From a virus, in IMG/VR virus record IMGVR_UViG_3300016476_001169, positions 40,192-104,191 of that record: a stretch of DNA of 64,000 nt, one strand, 5' to 3'. A model generated the notes under the pieces. That model was not told the origin of the DNA, made no database searches, and saw only the letters and a list, made by a program, of their open reading frames with translations. This document shows, piece by piece, positions 1 to 10,426 of this stretch. Position 1 is the stretch's first letter. Every line of letters starts with the position of its first letter. The translations under genes and the position numbers were made by a program.

Positions 1-242
1 ATTCTAGTAACTTCTACACCATCTGAGAATTTAACAGATACAGAGCATTCTTTTTCACCGTGACGAATGTAAGTATCTCTCTTGTAGTTATTGTGAAATA
101 CAAGATTAATCGCTCGCAAGATAGCTGATTTTCCAGCATCAGAAGATCCTACTATAAGATTGATCCCATTGGTGAAATCTATCGTTGTATCTGCATGATC
201 TTGAAAGTTTTTAAGCTTTACTTGTGTAATGTATCTGTTCAT
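1..242 (-). CDS. SbcC/Rad50/gp46-like ABC-ATPase recombination nuclease subunit, N-terminal part (runs off window)
   Basis: Hand translation MNRYITQVKLKNFQDHADTTIDFTNGINLIVGSSDAGKSAILRAI...; LKNF motif plus Walker A GxxxxGKS typical of SMC-like N-termini; not in ORF track because truncated. Confidence 0.85.
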   Translation of the reverse strand, partial: MNRYITQVKLKNFQDHADTTIDFTNGINLIVGSSDAGKSAILRAINLVFHNNYKRDTYIRHGEKECSVSVKFSDGVEVTR

Positions 243-754
243 TAAATTGGTTCCAAAATTTTAAGATTGTGCAAAGACCCACCAAAGAATTTAGAATAAA
301 TCTTTTCTCTACAATCATAGCTATCTATATAGTCTGTTCTTAAGTTAAATAAATGAACAGACTCTAAGGTAAATTTTGGAACAATGTAAAATGGGGCCCC
401 TTTAATACACTTGCAAGGCTGATCATTCTGGGAAAAATAAGTTTTACAAGAAGGGCACTGTATTTGAGAGCAATCTAACTCCATGCCAGTCCAATAATTC
501 TCAAACTTTACAGTTGGACTAAGATTCTTGAAGTATAAGAAAATACTTTTTTGATCGGCATGGTATAGATCAATCATTGATTCACCAACTTTAGCACCCT
601 TGAAATAAAGATTCACTCTGGGTCGGCGATCAAAGCTTTCTTTTAGCTTGATAGGTAAAAAGTAGCCTGGATGAATAATAGATTCTTGAAAGCCATGAAC
701 TATAATTTGATTTTTAGTATAAACTATCTTAGATAATTCGGGCCTCTTAAACAT
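242..754 (-). CDS. hypothetical protein with CxxC...CxC motif
   Basis: 170-aa ORF abutting the ATPase start. Confidence 0.6.
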   Translation of the reverse strand: MFKRPELSKIVYTKNQIIVHGFQESIIHPGYFLPIKLKESFDRRPRVNLYFKGAKVGESMIDLYHADQKSIFLYFKNLSPTVKFENYWTGMELDCSQIQCPSCKTYFSQNDQPCKCIKGAPFYIVPKFTLESVHLFNLRTDYIDSYDCREKIYSKFFGGSLHNLKILEPI

Positions 755-782
755 AATTATATTATAGGCATTTTTATTCTAT

Positions 783-986
783 TTGGAGAAAAGTATATTT
801 GAAATGGTAATAGTTAGAATTGACAGAGACATGCTAATTGAGGACATCCTAGCCATTAGAGCCCTTGTGCCTGTTGAAAATGATGCAGCCAGAGACAGAA
901 TAGACAAGCTTATAGCTTTAGTTAGCAGTTTGCCAAGTGATGAAAACAAGGCGCAATTTCCAAGAGCGAGTGTAAGAAGGTTATGA
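783..986 (+). CDS. hypothetical protein
   Basis: short ORF with ATGA overlap into next gene; start uncertain. Confidence 0.45.
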   Translation: MEKSIFEMVIVRIDRDMLIEDILAIRALVPVENDAARDRIDKLIALVSSLPSDENKAQFPRASVRRL

Positions 987-1477
987 ACATTTATTCCAAA
1001 TTAAAAGATGCATTAATAGAATCTGAAAATGTAAATAATTTCAAAGCTGCAGACCAGATTGCTGCTGCTACTATAAGATTAGCTGCTGCCGCGAGCGATA
1101 ATGAAGTGGGCGTAGATGCTCAAATAAGAGAATACATTGCACAATTGGAAAATCAAGTTGCAAATTTAAGTTTGCAAAATAGATACCAAGCTTTGCAAAA
1201 TCAAAATCTTACATCACAATTAATGGGGGCCATGGGGAATCAAGTGCCAGACGGAGTGACTGTACAACAAAGCGCAAGATTGCCAGGCGCCATAGAAGCC
1301 ATTTTGGATAATCCTGTCATTCCACTCACCGTTAAGAATCTTAACAACCAAGATGTCAATGGTGTTGCAATCAATAGTGAAACTAACAGAGCAACATGGA
1401 ACATGCCTGGTAATATGCCAAAGGGTAATATTAGCGAAGGTGGAATTCACGGCCATGAATTGGCTGTTAAACAATAG
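983..1477 (+). CDS. hypothetical protein with shared N-terminal helical tag and coiled coil
   Basis: MNIYSKLKDAL...KAADQI resembles N-terminus of 24048 protein. Confidence 0.65.
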   Translation: MNIYSKLKDALIESENVNNFKAADQIAAATIRLAAAASDNEVGVDAQIREYIAQLENQVANLSLQNRYQALQNQNLTSQLMGAMGNQVPDGVTVQQSARLPGAIEAILDNPVIPLTVKNLNNQDVNGVAINSETNRATWNMPGNMPKGNISEGGIHGHELAVKQ

Positions 1478-1491
1478 AAGGAATTCAAATC

Positions 1492-1770
1492 TTGAAAAAA
1501 CAAAGACTGATTGAATTACAGAGCAAAGCTGAAGAAGGAAACTCAGAACTCAAAGATAGCATTGAAATCTTAGCAGAATTTTTTGTTTCACAAAGTCAGC
1601 ATAATAAAGAATTGAAGAATGAAATTTTAGAATTAAATTCTAAGATAACAAGCTTAAACAGAAAGATTGATCAAATTTTAAAATTTACAACAACTGAACC
1701 CTTGGCTCAGATCTTGATTGAAAATTTAGAAGAGTTTGAAAAAAATCAAATTGAAGAAGATGATGAATAA
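1492..1770 (+). CDS. hypothetical coiled-coil protein
   Basis: TTG start after AAGGA; followed by terminator. Confidence 0.55.
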   Translation: MKKQRLIELQSKAEEGNSELKDSIEILAEFFVSQSQHNKELKNEILELNSKITSLNRKIDQILKFTTTEPLAQILIENLEEFEKNQIEEDDE

Positions 1771-1771
1771 T

Positions 1772-1803
1772 AATAAAAAGCTCCCTTTCGGGAGCTTTTT
1801 ATT
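1772..1803. terminator. bidirectional intrinsic terminator
   Basis: AATAAAAAGCTCCC-TTTC-GGGAGCTTTTTATT between convergent genes. Confidence 0.85.
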
Positions 1804-2495
1804 TAGCTGAGATTATCTCCAAATTCCATTGGAGTATCAAACTCATTATCACAAACAAAGCATCCAAATCTTTCATGTGAAATCTGGTATGCATCAGACT
1901 TATTGCACCATGGGCACTCTACTTTTTCAATAGAGCCAGAATCACTAAACCAAACTTTGCCAAGAACTTTAGTATTCTTAAGTTCGGGAACTTTATCTGT
2001 ATCACTATTGAAATCAGAAGGAACCAAGATTTTCTTTCTCATACCTTCAACCGAAAGCTCGGCGTTTTCAACATCTTCGATAAGATCAATTTCTAATTCT
2101 TCTGCATTTAATCTTAACTGCTTTTCAAACTCATCTTCTTGAGCTTCTGCAAATTTGCCATAATTGCCTAAAATCTTCTCGACATCTGATTCTGGCACAA
2201 AGTGTGCTTTGCTAATACCTGCTCCAGGAACAGATTCATTATATTTGGCCAGCACCTTTCCAGATGTAGTATCAATAATACCCTCTGAAGTAATTGGGCC
2301 CACTTCTAAAATTGCAGTAGCAAGCCTTTTAGCCGCATAAATTGCCAAGTCTTCGTTTGGCATGACTCCCACATTGTCTTCAAAACCTTTAGCAATTTCT
2401 CTCAGACAATCTTGTTCTTCTGGTGAAAAATGCTCAAAACTTTTAGTTAATGTGTCCCAAAAGATAACCTTACCGCGAGTTAAATTATAATCCAT
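1803..2495 (-). CDS. hypothetical acidic protein with C-terminal zinc ribbon
   Basis: CPWC...CFVC; AGGAG SD upstream. Confidence 0.7.
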   Translation of the reverse strand: MDYNLTRGKVIFWDTLTKSFEHFSPEEQDCLREIAKGFEDNVGVMPNEDLAIYAAKRLATAILEVGPITSEGIIDTTSGKVLAKYNESVPGAGISKAHFVPESDVEKILGNYGKFAEAQEDEFEKQLRLNAEELEIDLIEDVENAELSVEGMRKKILVPSDFNSDTDKVPELKNTKVLGKVWFSDSGSIEKVECPWCNKSDAYQISHERFGCFVCDNEFDTPMEFGDNLS

Positions 2496-2530
2496 GTTTT
2501 TCTCCTACAAAGATTATACTCGATTTGGCC

Positions 2531-3373
2531 CTAATAATCAATCGTTTTAAACTTCAATTCTATTGGATAACTATAGCCTCCAGTGGGTAAATATTGAATG
2601 TTTAATGTTTCGTTTGGTCTTATTAATTGATTGTGAAATTTGACATCTTTCTTAGGCTGTATCTCTCCTGTGGAAATAACATCATCGTCTCCAACCTTAA
2701 ATACAGCTGTCATCTTTCCAGCTCTTGAATTAATAAAACATAATAACATTTTATCTTTATCACTGGTGTTTTTAATTGAAAAATTATAGTTATAACCATA
2801 ATGGCCAGGTATAATATCTTTTCGATTGTCGCCTAGGCGAAATTCGAATGGTTTGTTATCTTTTAGTTCGGCCTGAATATCTCTGTCAAAATCATCTACA
2901 TTGATAATTTTGATGCCGTCAACTTCCTCGCCTGCACCAAGTCTGCAAAACCAGCTATTGCCCTTGTCCATCTTTGCTTCAATTATGCCAGATACTGTGT
3001 CTCCATGTGCAACCTCTTTAATAAGTTGTGGATTTGACACAGATTTAGCTTTGGCATTTAAAAAGCTTTTAATTGCCTTGGAACCTGCTATACCCGGCTC
3101 TTCATTAGTTTCTACTGCAGATCTGAAATCTTTAAAATTTCCTTTTAACTTAAAGTTAAAAACCTGTTCACGCCCCGTTGCATTTAGGTAATGGAAAAAT
3201 ATTCTTGTATTTGATGGTTCATTTATTATTTGTTTGCCTAACTTGCCAGATTCTTCAACCTTTTCTGGAAAGTTTAAAAACACAAGACGCTTGGCCAACA
3301 CACTGTCATAAGCAGTAGAGCCACTTATGACAAGAATACCAAAAAGCAATAGGGCTACGAAGATTTTCTTCAT
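2531..3373 (-). CDS. exported protein of unknown function
   Basis: N-terminal signal peptide MKKIFVALLLFGILVISGSTA; AAGGAG SD. Confidence 0.7.
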   Translation of the reverse strand: MKKIFVALLLFGILVISGSTAYDSVLAKRLVFLNFPEKVEESGKLGKQIINEPSNTRIFFHYLNATGREQVFNFKLKGNFKDFRSAVETNEEPGIAGSKAIKSFLNAKAKSVSNPQLIKEVAHGDTVSGIIEAKMDKGNSWFCRLGAGEEVDGIKIINVDDFDRDIQAELKDNKPFEFRLGDNRKDIIPGHYGYNYNFSIKNTSDKDKMLLCFINSRAGKMTAVFKVGDDDVISTGEIQPKKDVKFHNQLIRPNETLNIQYLPTGGYSYPIELKFKTIDY

Positions 3374-3470
3374 AGCTCAACACTCCTTGCGTTTGTTTAG
3401 GTATGATTATTATTAGATTAAAAGGGGGCTTTTGCCTTTATAATAGACGATAATATTATGAGGTATTATA

Positions 3471-4022
3471 ATGTCTAGAAATTTATTATATGACAAATTT
3501 ATTGCCGAAAGCAAAGATTATTTTAACAATTTTGATTTTAAATCTATTGGCTTTACGGACAATTCCAATTCTGAAAAAGCCTGTGCTTTATTAGACCGAA
3601 TGCAAGCAGTCTATGAGGCAAAAGACTCAGACTATAGTGAAAATGATTTACCAATGGGGAATTTGCGAGAATCAATAGAATTAGGCATAGACCCATGGAA
3701 GGGTGTTCTTCTTAGGATTGGTGATAAGAAAAGAAGAATTGGCTCCTTTATTAAAAAAGAATCCTTTCTAGTAAAGGATGAAGCTGTGGATGATACATTG
3801 GTGGACATGGCAAATTATTCTTTTTTAGGTTGTGCATTAATGGGTGATCTTGGAGATGAAACTATCACTGAAACATGGAAAACCATGGCCAAAGATTGTG
3901 TTTTAGCTAAGATTGTTTTTGAAAACAAGCACAATGATGGCGTTCCTAGATGGTCTATAATTATGTGGCCAAGAATTCTTGCTTCATACAATATTTTAGC
4001 AAAATTCGCTAGAGAAAACTAA
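3471..4022 (+). CDS. DUF1599 / nucleotide-modification-associated domain protein
   Basis: KDSDYS...RIGDKKRRI...DEAVDDTLVDMANY pattern of this family. Confidence 0.7.
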   Translation: MSRNLLYDKFIAESKDYFNNFDFKSIGFTDNSNSEKACALLDRMQAVYEAKDSDYSENDLPMGNLRESIELGIDPWKGVLLRIGDKKRRIGSFIKKESFLVKDEAVDDTLVDMANYSFLGCALMGDLGDETITETWKTMAKDCVLAKIVFENKHNDGVPRWSIIMWPRILASYNILAKFAREN

Positions 4023-4079
4023 AATTCAAGGAAAACTCGGGGCAAAACTGTAAAATTCTCAATAGGAGAGATACAGATA

Positions 4080-6614
4080 ATGCCCCGAGTTTTTAATTTA
4101 TCCGAATTTGATATTAGGTTAGCAGCCAAAACTTATACTTTAGAAAATCTTCCACCAGCCTCTATTGATGAAATCGTCAATGAAATAACAGGGGGGCAGG
4201 CTGCTAATTTAAGTGATCAAGACAAAATTGCCATAGTACAAGAATACTTGGCAGGTAGCATTACTGATCCTTCACAAATTCCTCACGCTCTCCGAGAAGT
4301 TAAAGATCCAAGCCTTGTAGGCTCAGGTGTGGATGTAGCAAACCAAAAGATCAGACAAATCAAAGACGCCATTGCCAGACTCAAAAAAGAAGACTCTGAT
4401 AGATACAAGGCTATTCTTGAATCATTAGGTGGAAATGAAGATCAGCTTTTAAAAGCTGCTTTTGAAAAGTTTCAACAGCAATATATTCCACAGATTATAG
4501 ATCTCTGGAGTGCAAGAATGAATCCAGCTAGAATTAAATCATTCTTAACTTTACCAGAAGAACTTAGAGGCCAGCAAGAAACCGCAACACAATCTCTCCG
4601 TTCTGAATATTTTAACCAAACTACTGAACAATTTACAAAAGTCAGTTCTGATTTGAATGAAGAATTTGGCTTATCTGTTGAACAGATAGCATGGATCTTT
4701 AGGGGTACAAGAACATCAAATGTAGAGTCTATGCCTGATTACCAAAATACAGCCACTAGACTCGGTGAAGGTAATTTAGAAGCTGGTAAAAAGCTCCTAA
4801 CCAAAATTTTGGCTAATTCAGAAAAAGATACTACCACCTGGCTTTCTAACCTTCAAAAAGATTATGCCGCAGGACTTTACACAGGCGGCAAAGACTGGGA
4901 CACAGCAGTTGATAAAGAGGGTAATCCATTATTCGCTCCAGAAGAGCTTGTTGTGGCAAAATCGCTCGCTGAAAAAACTGCTGGTGCAATTACCAAGCAT
5001 GAAGTACTAAGAGAAATTGGCCTTAGTACATTGCAATTCCCACAACAGCCTTCTGATTTATTTGATACAGGCGATCCAGCAAAAATCCAAACAGTTGAAG
5101 GCGAAGATAGATATTTTGAGGCCAGAAACAATCCTTACAACTGGGTCATTCTTTCACAATTGCTTGAGAAGGGTGGCTATGGCTATAACAGCAAAGCTCT
5201 TCCAGATTTCTTTGGTAAAGATTTTACTCAAAAAGAATTAGAAACTTCTGACTGGAATGAAATAAGAAAACAAATTCATGATGCAACAGAAGAAGGTTTG
5301 CCAACTGGAAGTTATATTGATCATGCTTTGTTTTATGTAGCACATACACTTTGTGGCAAGAGCGAAGCTAAGTTCAAAGACATGCTTGCAAAGATGGAAG
5401 AAACTGTTGACAGCGATGTTAGCGTTGATGCACTATTTGATCCAGATCAGAAAGTCATTCCTGACCCAAGATACGTTGACATGCTTCTTAATTTTAGATC
5501 AAAGGCTGAAAAGCGCTGTGTAGATAAATTAAGAGGCACCTTTGGTTTAGAAGTTGTACCTTATGAATTGGGCTTGCCTGTCTTAGATGGTTGTAACATT
5601 AACAAAGATGGATTCCAAGTTGACTTTTTAATCCCTTGTGATGTTTTAGAACAATGGAACCAAGGCCAGGATGGTTTGTATCATCCTACAATCCGCCAAA
5701 AAATGATCTTTGTAGGCGAATATTATGGCTTTGATAGAAGCAACCTTATCGAAGTCAATGCCAAGGGCGCTGAAGGCTTTTATGGCATAGATGGAGACAT
5801 CGCAAAGGTTACCGATAAGAAAACTGGTCAAGTAGTTGAAGCCAAAAACGGAGCATTGCTTACAGCTGGTCAAAAGTATGACATTAGAACTGGCTGGAAG
5901 AAAATGACCGAAGATTTCTTCGCATCTTCTACAGGCAATGCTGCGATTCACATTGATAAAGACCTCAGTGATGATTCTATTATTTCAGAGCTTGATAGAT
6001 GTAAGATTATTTACACCTATAAGATGCCTATTAATAATAGTTTAAATGCTATCAAACAACACGCTGCTGTTTGCCAAGACCCAAACTGTGATTCAAAAAG
6101 AATGTTTGATACATCTTCTGGGGCCCCTATTTTTAAGAAAACCCAAATAACAACTGGCGAAGCCTATGTTAGATGCTGCATTGCTGACTTAGAAATACAA
6201 AAGGGCATGATGCCTGTTATCTTAGAAGCAAGGCTTGATAAGAGCTTTGGCAGAAAAGAAATTCATGATTATTACATGAAGAAAAAAGAAATCGAAAAAA
6301 GATTTGTTGAAAATAGAAAGAGCCCAAGCTTTTCTATGGATTTAGAAGTAAAACTATCAAATGATTTACAAGCTGTTAATAATCAAATTAGTTTTGTAAC
6401 AGAAAAATTCAATGAGAGAAAACAATCACCTGAATACCAAGCTAGTTTAACAGCTTTGCAGCAACTCTTAAACGAAGCCTCTGCTGGTACAAAAACAGAC
6501 AGAGAGATTTATGCACAAGCTAACAACATAATCAAACCTTGGATCCCATACATTCAAAGTAGAAGAAGAGCAAATTTAGCAGACTTGTTATTTAGAATAG
6601 CAATCTCAAGTTAA
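4080..6614 (+). CDS. large hypothetical protein with putative PD-(D/E)XK nuclease-like region
   Basis: 844 aa; FRSKAE...PYE...VDFLIP...GEYYG motif order. Confidence 0.55.
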   Translation: MPRVFNLSEFDIRLAAKTYTLENLPPASIDEIVNEITGGQAANLSDQDKIAIVQEYLAGSITDPSQIPHALREVKDPSLVGSGVDVANQKIRQIKDAIARLKKEDSDRYKAILESLGGNEDQLLKAAFEKFQQQYIPQIIDLWSARMNPARIKSFLTLPEELRGQQETATQSLRSEYFNQTTEQFTKVSSDLNEEFGLSVEQIAWIFRGTRTSNVESMPDYQNTATRLGEGNLEAGKKLLTKILANSEKDTTTWLSNLQKDYAAGLYTGGKDWDTAVDKEGNPLFAPEELVVAKSLAEKTAGAITKHEVLREIGLSTLQFPQQPSDLFDTGDPAKIQTVEGEDRYFEARNNPYNWVILSQLLEKGGYGYNSKALPDFFGKDFTQKELETSDWNEIRKQIHDATEEGLPTGSYIDHALFYVAHTLCGKSEAKFKDMLAKMEETVDSDVSVDALFDPDQKVIPDPRYVDMLLNFRSKAEKRCVDKLRGTFGLEVVPYELGLPVLDGCNINKDGFQVDFLIPCDVLEQWNQGQDGLYHPTIRQKMIFVGEYYGFDRSNLIEVNAKGAEGFYGIDGDIAKVTDKKTGQVVEAKNGALLTAGQKYDIRTGWKKMTEDFFASSTGNAAIHIDKDLSDDSIISELDRCKIIYTYKMPINNSLNAIKQHAAVCQDPNCDSKRMFDTSSGAPIFKKTQITTGEAYVRCCIADLEIQKGMMPVILEARLDKSFGRKEIHDYYMKKKEIEKRFVENRKSPSFSMDLEVKLSNDLQAVNNQISFVTEKFNERKQSPEYQASLTALQQLLNEASAGTKTDREIYAQANNIIKPWIPYIQSRRRANLADLLFRIAISS

Positions 6615-6624
6615 GGAAATAAAA

Positions 6625-7500
6625 ATGCCAGTATTAGACCCTACAGTAATCAGTAATTGGTATAGAATCAAAGACGAATATAATAATTTTTATGTCGTAC
6701 AAGATTTTTCAATGAACCAAAATAGTTCTGTCCAAAATAAACCTCTTGTACAGGGTGACATTGGGACCAGAATCATGGACGTGGGTGGTATCTCCTATAC
6801 TTGGAGTGTTAGCTCGCCAGCTCTTGTAACTGATGGCACAGTTGTTGGAAATGTATTGACATTGATAAAAAATGGCTGGGCAAACATCAAAACTGGTGGC
6901 ATTGGGGCTGCTTATCTTTTGGAGAGAGGCGCTATTAGAATCAATAAAGAAGGCGTTGATTGTTCTGCATCATTTAAAAGTGATAACCCATCATCTTTCG
7001 TTGCTACTTATGGCACTAATGGCAGCAATTATATTGCAAGAGTGGCAAAGTGGTATGATTCTTATTTCACATTCACATTTAGAGGTATACAATCTGCTAA
7101 TTTATCTATTGAAAATGCTGAAATAAACTTTGATCCAGAAATTGGTGAAAGATACTTTGTAGGTGGTACACAGGCCCCTTATTTTAGTGTTAATAGCTAT
7201 AAATTAAGTGGGACCATTACTTTCTTAGTGCCACCTGCTGAATTTTATAAATTTAGAAGCATCTATCAAACAGGTAATGATGTTCCTGGAAACTTAGCTG
7301 GTACTAGATCTTTTTATGTAACTGGTATTGAAAATGCAAATCTTGTTATTGGCCTTCCTGGAACAGGTGGATTTAATTTACAATTAGGTACTGCCAGTAT
7401 GACAACTGAGATAACAGCCGCTATAAAAGCGGGAGATATAACCAAGGTTACATTGAAGTTTGTTTCTTACGCAAACTCTTCTACAAACGAATCTTCCTAA
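6625..7500 (+). CDS. putative virion structural protein (tail tube/baseplate-like)
   Basis: 291 aa, G/T/S/N-rich beta-type composition; function inferred only. Confidence 0.4.
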   Translation: MPVLDPTVISNWYRIKDEYNNFYVVQDFSMNQNSSVQNKPLVQGDIGTRIMDVGGISYTWSVSSPALVTDGTVVGNVLTLIKNGWANIKTGGIGAAYLLERGAIRINKEGVDCSASFKSDNPSSFVATYGTNGSNYIARVAKWYDSYFTFTFRGIQSANLSIENAEINFDPEIGERYFVGGTQAPYFSVNSYKLSGTITFLVPPAEFYKFRSIYQTGNDVPGNLAGTRSFYVTGIENANLVIGLPGTGGFNLQLGTASMTTEITAAIKAGDITKVTLKFVSYANSSTNESS

Positions 7501-7564
7501 TTGTTTTATAATAGATATATTATATCTATAATATACCTCTATATGGGGTGTCAAAAAACTGAAA

Positions 7565-8152
7565 ATGGCTTATAAAAAAACAACCTCAAAGACCGTTCGG
7601 GAAACAAAAGCAGAAGAGAAACCTTTATATCATGAAGTCTTCCCTGAAGAATTATTAGATGATGGCGAGTTTATCTTGTCTTTTACCATACCTGGTCAGC
7701 CAGCTACTAAAAAGACATCACAAAGGGTTTTCAGAAAGCGAATTTTGCCATCTAAGGCTTATTGTGAGTATGAGAAGTACTGTGAGCCTTTTTGCAAGCA
7801 AGCTTGGGCTGATAAAGGCAAGGCCCCTATGGATTATGGGGTTGTTATCAATATGCGAATCTTTCTTAAAAACTGGATTGTTGGTGACTGTACAGGTTAT
7901 CAACAATCCATTGCTGATATACTACAAAAATTTGAAGTATTGTCAAACGACAGCTGGATTCACTGGGATTGGGAAAACTCTCACTGGCTAGGCGGGATAG
8001 ATAAAGAAAATCCAAGAGTTGAAATTACCATCAAAAGATTTAGGCATCCAAAAGAAGCTTATAGAAATGAACAAGAACTTTTTAACAAACAAAAAGAAGA
8101 AAGGAAAGTGGCTCGTTTATTAAAAGAGGCACAAAAACAAAACAATGGATGA
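7565..8152 (+). CDS. rusA: RusA-like Holliday junction resolvase
   Basis: FTIPGQPATKK...D...ADIL...LSNDS...DKENPRVEITI pattern. Confidence 0.7.
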   Translation: MAYKKTTSKTVRETKAEEKPLYHEVFPEELLDDGEFILSFTIPGQPATKKTSQRVFRKRILPSKAYCEYEKYCEPFCKQAWADKGKAPMDYGVVINMRIFLKNWIVGDCTGYQQSIADILQKFEVLSNDSWIHWDWENSHWLGGIDKENPRVEITIKRFRHPKEAYRNEQELFNKQKEERKVARLLKEAQKQNNG

Positions 8153-8621
8153 AGAATTACCAAAAGTAACAGGCGTACACATTATTCATGTTTCTCAAGA
8201 TCTCCCAGCAGAAGACATTCAAGGCTTTATGGAAGATTGGATTGCAGAGAATAGTGACATTTCAACAGATCCAGGCGAGGTTGTTATTTTTTCACCTTAT
8301 CAAATGGATTACACCCTTACCGACACAGAAGATGGTGGACAAACACTTTTCTTGGTAGGTTACATGGCTAGAGAAAAATGGGCCACATTATCTGATGCAG
8401 ATGATCTTCGCAAGTTTGCATTCCAACTTGAAGAAAGCCACAAGAATTTAAAAGTTGGAGTTGAATTGGCCTTGAGTGTAAAAGAGCCTGAAGAAGCTGA
8501 TCAAAATTATAACTTTGTAACTTCTTATTTTGAGAAAAATGAAGAAGTTAGAGACATGCTCATGAAGATGCAGGAAAATTCAGATTTAGAAGATGACGAA
8601 AATTTATTCGGCGGTCAATAA
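8145..8621 (+). CDS. hypothetical acidic protein
   Basis: 158-aa ORF overlapping rusA stop. Confidence 0.6.
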   Translation: MDEELPKVTGVHIIHVSQDLPAEDIQGFMEDWIAENSDISTDPGEVVIFSPYQMDYTLTDTEDGGQTLFLVGYMAREKWATLSDADDLRKFAFQLEESHKNLKVGVELALSVKEPEEADQNYNFVTSYFEKNEEVRDMLMKMQENSDLEDDENLFGGQ

Positions 8622-8663
8622 AATCTGGTACAATTATAAAATAAATCTTCCTGGGTGATAAAA

Positions 8664-9380
8664 ATGGATAAAAGCTACTTTTTGCACAAAGTTAAACACG
8701 AATTGTGCCTTGTTAATAATATTGTTCACTTGAATAATGAAGTTTATTCAATTTCTATGCCAGTAGTCATACCTAAACTGAAGTTAAATGCTACAGATGG
8801 AAGAACTTTGATGCAAAGAATTATTTTCCAGCATCTAAATAGCAATGCTTCTAAAGCTATAGGTTTTCTAAGAGGTATGTTCAATCTGTGTTCAGAGCCT
8901 GATAATTTTGAAACACACCTGATGCTCACATGCCCCGTAGGACAGCTTTCAGAGCCGACAGAGACAGAATGGATCAGGGCCATGGAAAACGGCCTGGATT
9001 CGGGCCAAATTGAGCCCCCTGTGGCATCTATGGGTAAGGATGTATACATCAATGCCTGGGGTATACAAGATTACATCTATGACATGAAAGTTGAGTTCTG
9101 GCCACACACAGAAAAACCTAATGCATTTCAGTGCCACTGTGCAATTAAATTTATTAAACCAGAAGGCATTGAAGAAACTAATCATTTAGATTTTGAATCT
9201 GGTTTTAATTTTTTAATCTATTCTGAAAAGTCCAATTGTTTTGTTCCTTTTTTAATTAAAAATGAAAACAATCCAGTATTCTTCTTGCAAGAGGCAACAA
9301 TTGTCAAACATGAATTAATAGAAGATGAAGATGGAATTGGAAGAGAATTGTTTGTTGAATGTGAAATCTACGCTAGATAA
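8664..9380 (+). CDS. hypothetical protein
   Basis: long ORF followed by terminator; ATG chosen over upstream GTG. Confidence 0.6.
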   Translation: MDKSYFLHKVKHELCLVNNIVHLNNEVYSISMPVVIPKLKLNATDGRTLMQRIIFQHLNSNASKAIGFLRGMFNLCSEPDNFETHLMLTCPVGQLSEPTETEWIRAMENGLDSGQIEPPVASMGKDVYINAWGIQDYIYDMKVEFWPHTEKPNAFQCHCAIKFIKPEGIEETNHLDFESGFNFLIYSEKSNCFVPFLIKNENNPVFFLQEATIVKHELIEDEDGIGRELFVECEIYAR

Positions 9381-9382
9381 AA

Positions 9383-9409
9383 AAAAGCCCCTCAAAATGA
9401 GGGGCTTTT
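9383..9409. terminator. bidirectional intrinsic terminator
   Basis: AAAAGCCCCTCA-AAA-TGAGGGGCTTTT between convergent genes. Confidence 0.85.
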
Positions 9410-9425
9410 AGTTTATTCGAATAAA

Positions 9426-9833
9426 TTAAAGAGCTGGCTCTTCTTCTGATTCGATGATTTCTGGAGCCTCGATAGGAGTTGAAGAACCTACAACACTAAC
9501 ATAGTGTGGCTCTGTCTCTTCAATATTAAGGCTGGTTGCGCCATCAAATCCATACTGTGCAACAATCTCCTTGAAGCGATCTTGGAAATTAGTATTGGAA
9601 TTTGCCAATTCTGTTTCAATAGCATCAAGCTGCTCTTGTGCTTGAGCCTTCTGGCTATTGTAGTTTCTTGTGATCTCTTCATACTGGGCTTCGAGATTCT
9701 TAATAAAATTATAAGCCTGATAACCCTGTGACTGTAAGAAAGTCTGTTGTGCTTGCATGTTGCGAAGTTCGCCATACTCCTCTGGAGTAATGGCTGGTCT
9801 TTCGACCTCAGTGGTACCTAATGATTCGTCCAT
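9426..9833 (-). CDS. hypothetical coiled-coil protein
   Basis: AAGGA SD; heptad-like Q/E-rich segment. Confidence 0.65.
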   Translation of the reverse strand: MDESLGTTEVERPAITPEEYGELRNMQAQQTFLQSQGYQAYNFIKNLEAQYEEITRNYNSQKAQAQEQLDAIETELANSNTNFQDRFKEIVAQYGFDGATSLNIEETEPHYVSVVGSSTPIEAPEIIESEEEPAL

Positions 9834-9935
9834 GTTTTTTCCTTTTGTGATACTTAAGTAATTACTAGTGCTCTACAGCACACACAATTAATTATACACA
9901 AAATTATGGTTCTTGGCAACCAAAATAGATATTGT

Positions 9936-10175
9936 CTAAAGCTGATTTTTCTTTCCAGTTTGATATTCCATTACACTCACAAAGTAATTAATAAAAACAA
10001 GACAAAAAAGTATGCAGATAATGAATAATTTAAAAAGAGTGATGGCTGCATAAATCCAATTTAGATTCAATAAAAAATAGACAATCTCTCCCAATAAGAA
10101 CAACATAAAGCCTAAAAAAGCGAAAAATAAAAGAGAGAATAAAAAATTAAGTAATTTAACCATGATTAATCCCAT
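9936..10175 (-). CDS. small membrane protein
   Basis: two hydrophobic stretches. Confidence 0.45.
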   Translation of the reverse strand: MGLIMVKLLNFLFSLLFFAFLGFMLFLLGEIVYFLLNLNWIYAAITLFKLFIICILFCLVFINYFVSVMEYQTGKKNQL

Positions 10176-10176
10176 A

Positions 10177-10210
10177 AAAGGCCCCTTGAAAATAAATTCA
10201 AGAGGCCTTT
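10177..10210 (-). terminator. intrinsic terminator downstream of candidate ncRNA
   Basis: AAAGGCC(C/T)CTTGAA-N6-TTCAAG(A/G)GGCCTTT stem, ends in T-run on - strand. Confidence 0.7.
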
Positions 10211-10217
10211 CTTATAA

Positions 10218-10312
10218 CACTTGCTTCGTTGCAGTGAGTATTTGAGCCACAGCCTCATTGCTATAGCTGATAATCCGCTGTTCGACCTTCGCCCACTAAA
10301 CTTAAGCAAGTG
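10218..10312 (-). ncRNA. candidate rod-like structured RNA
   Basis: nested inverted repeats CACTTGCTT/AAGCAAGTG, AGTGGG/CTCACT, ACAGC/GCTGT in a GC-richer ORF-free gap bounded by terminators. Confidence 0.4.
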
Positions 10313-10426
10313 AAATCGCGCAGAACATTAAATTTATCTACTTTAAAAGCGGGAACATTACTACATTATGCTATACTTATAGTAGAAACAATAATTTTAT
10401 TATAGAAATAAAATAAAAATCCTTCA

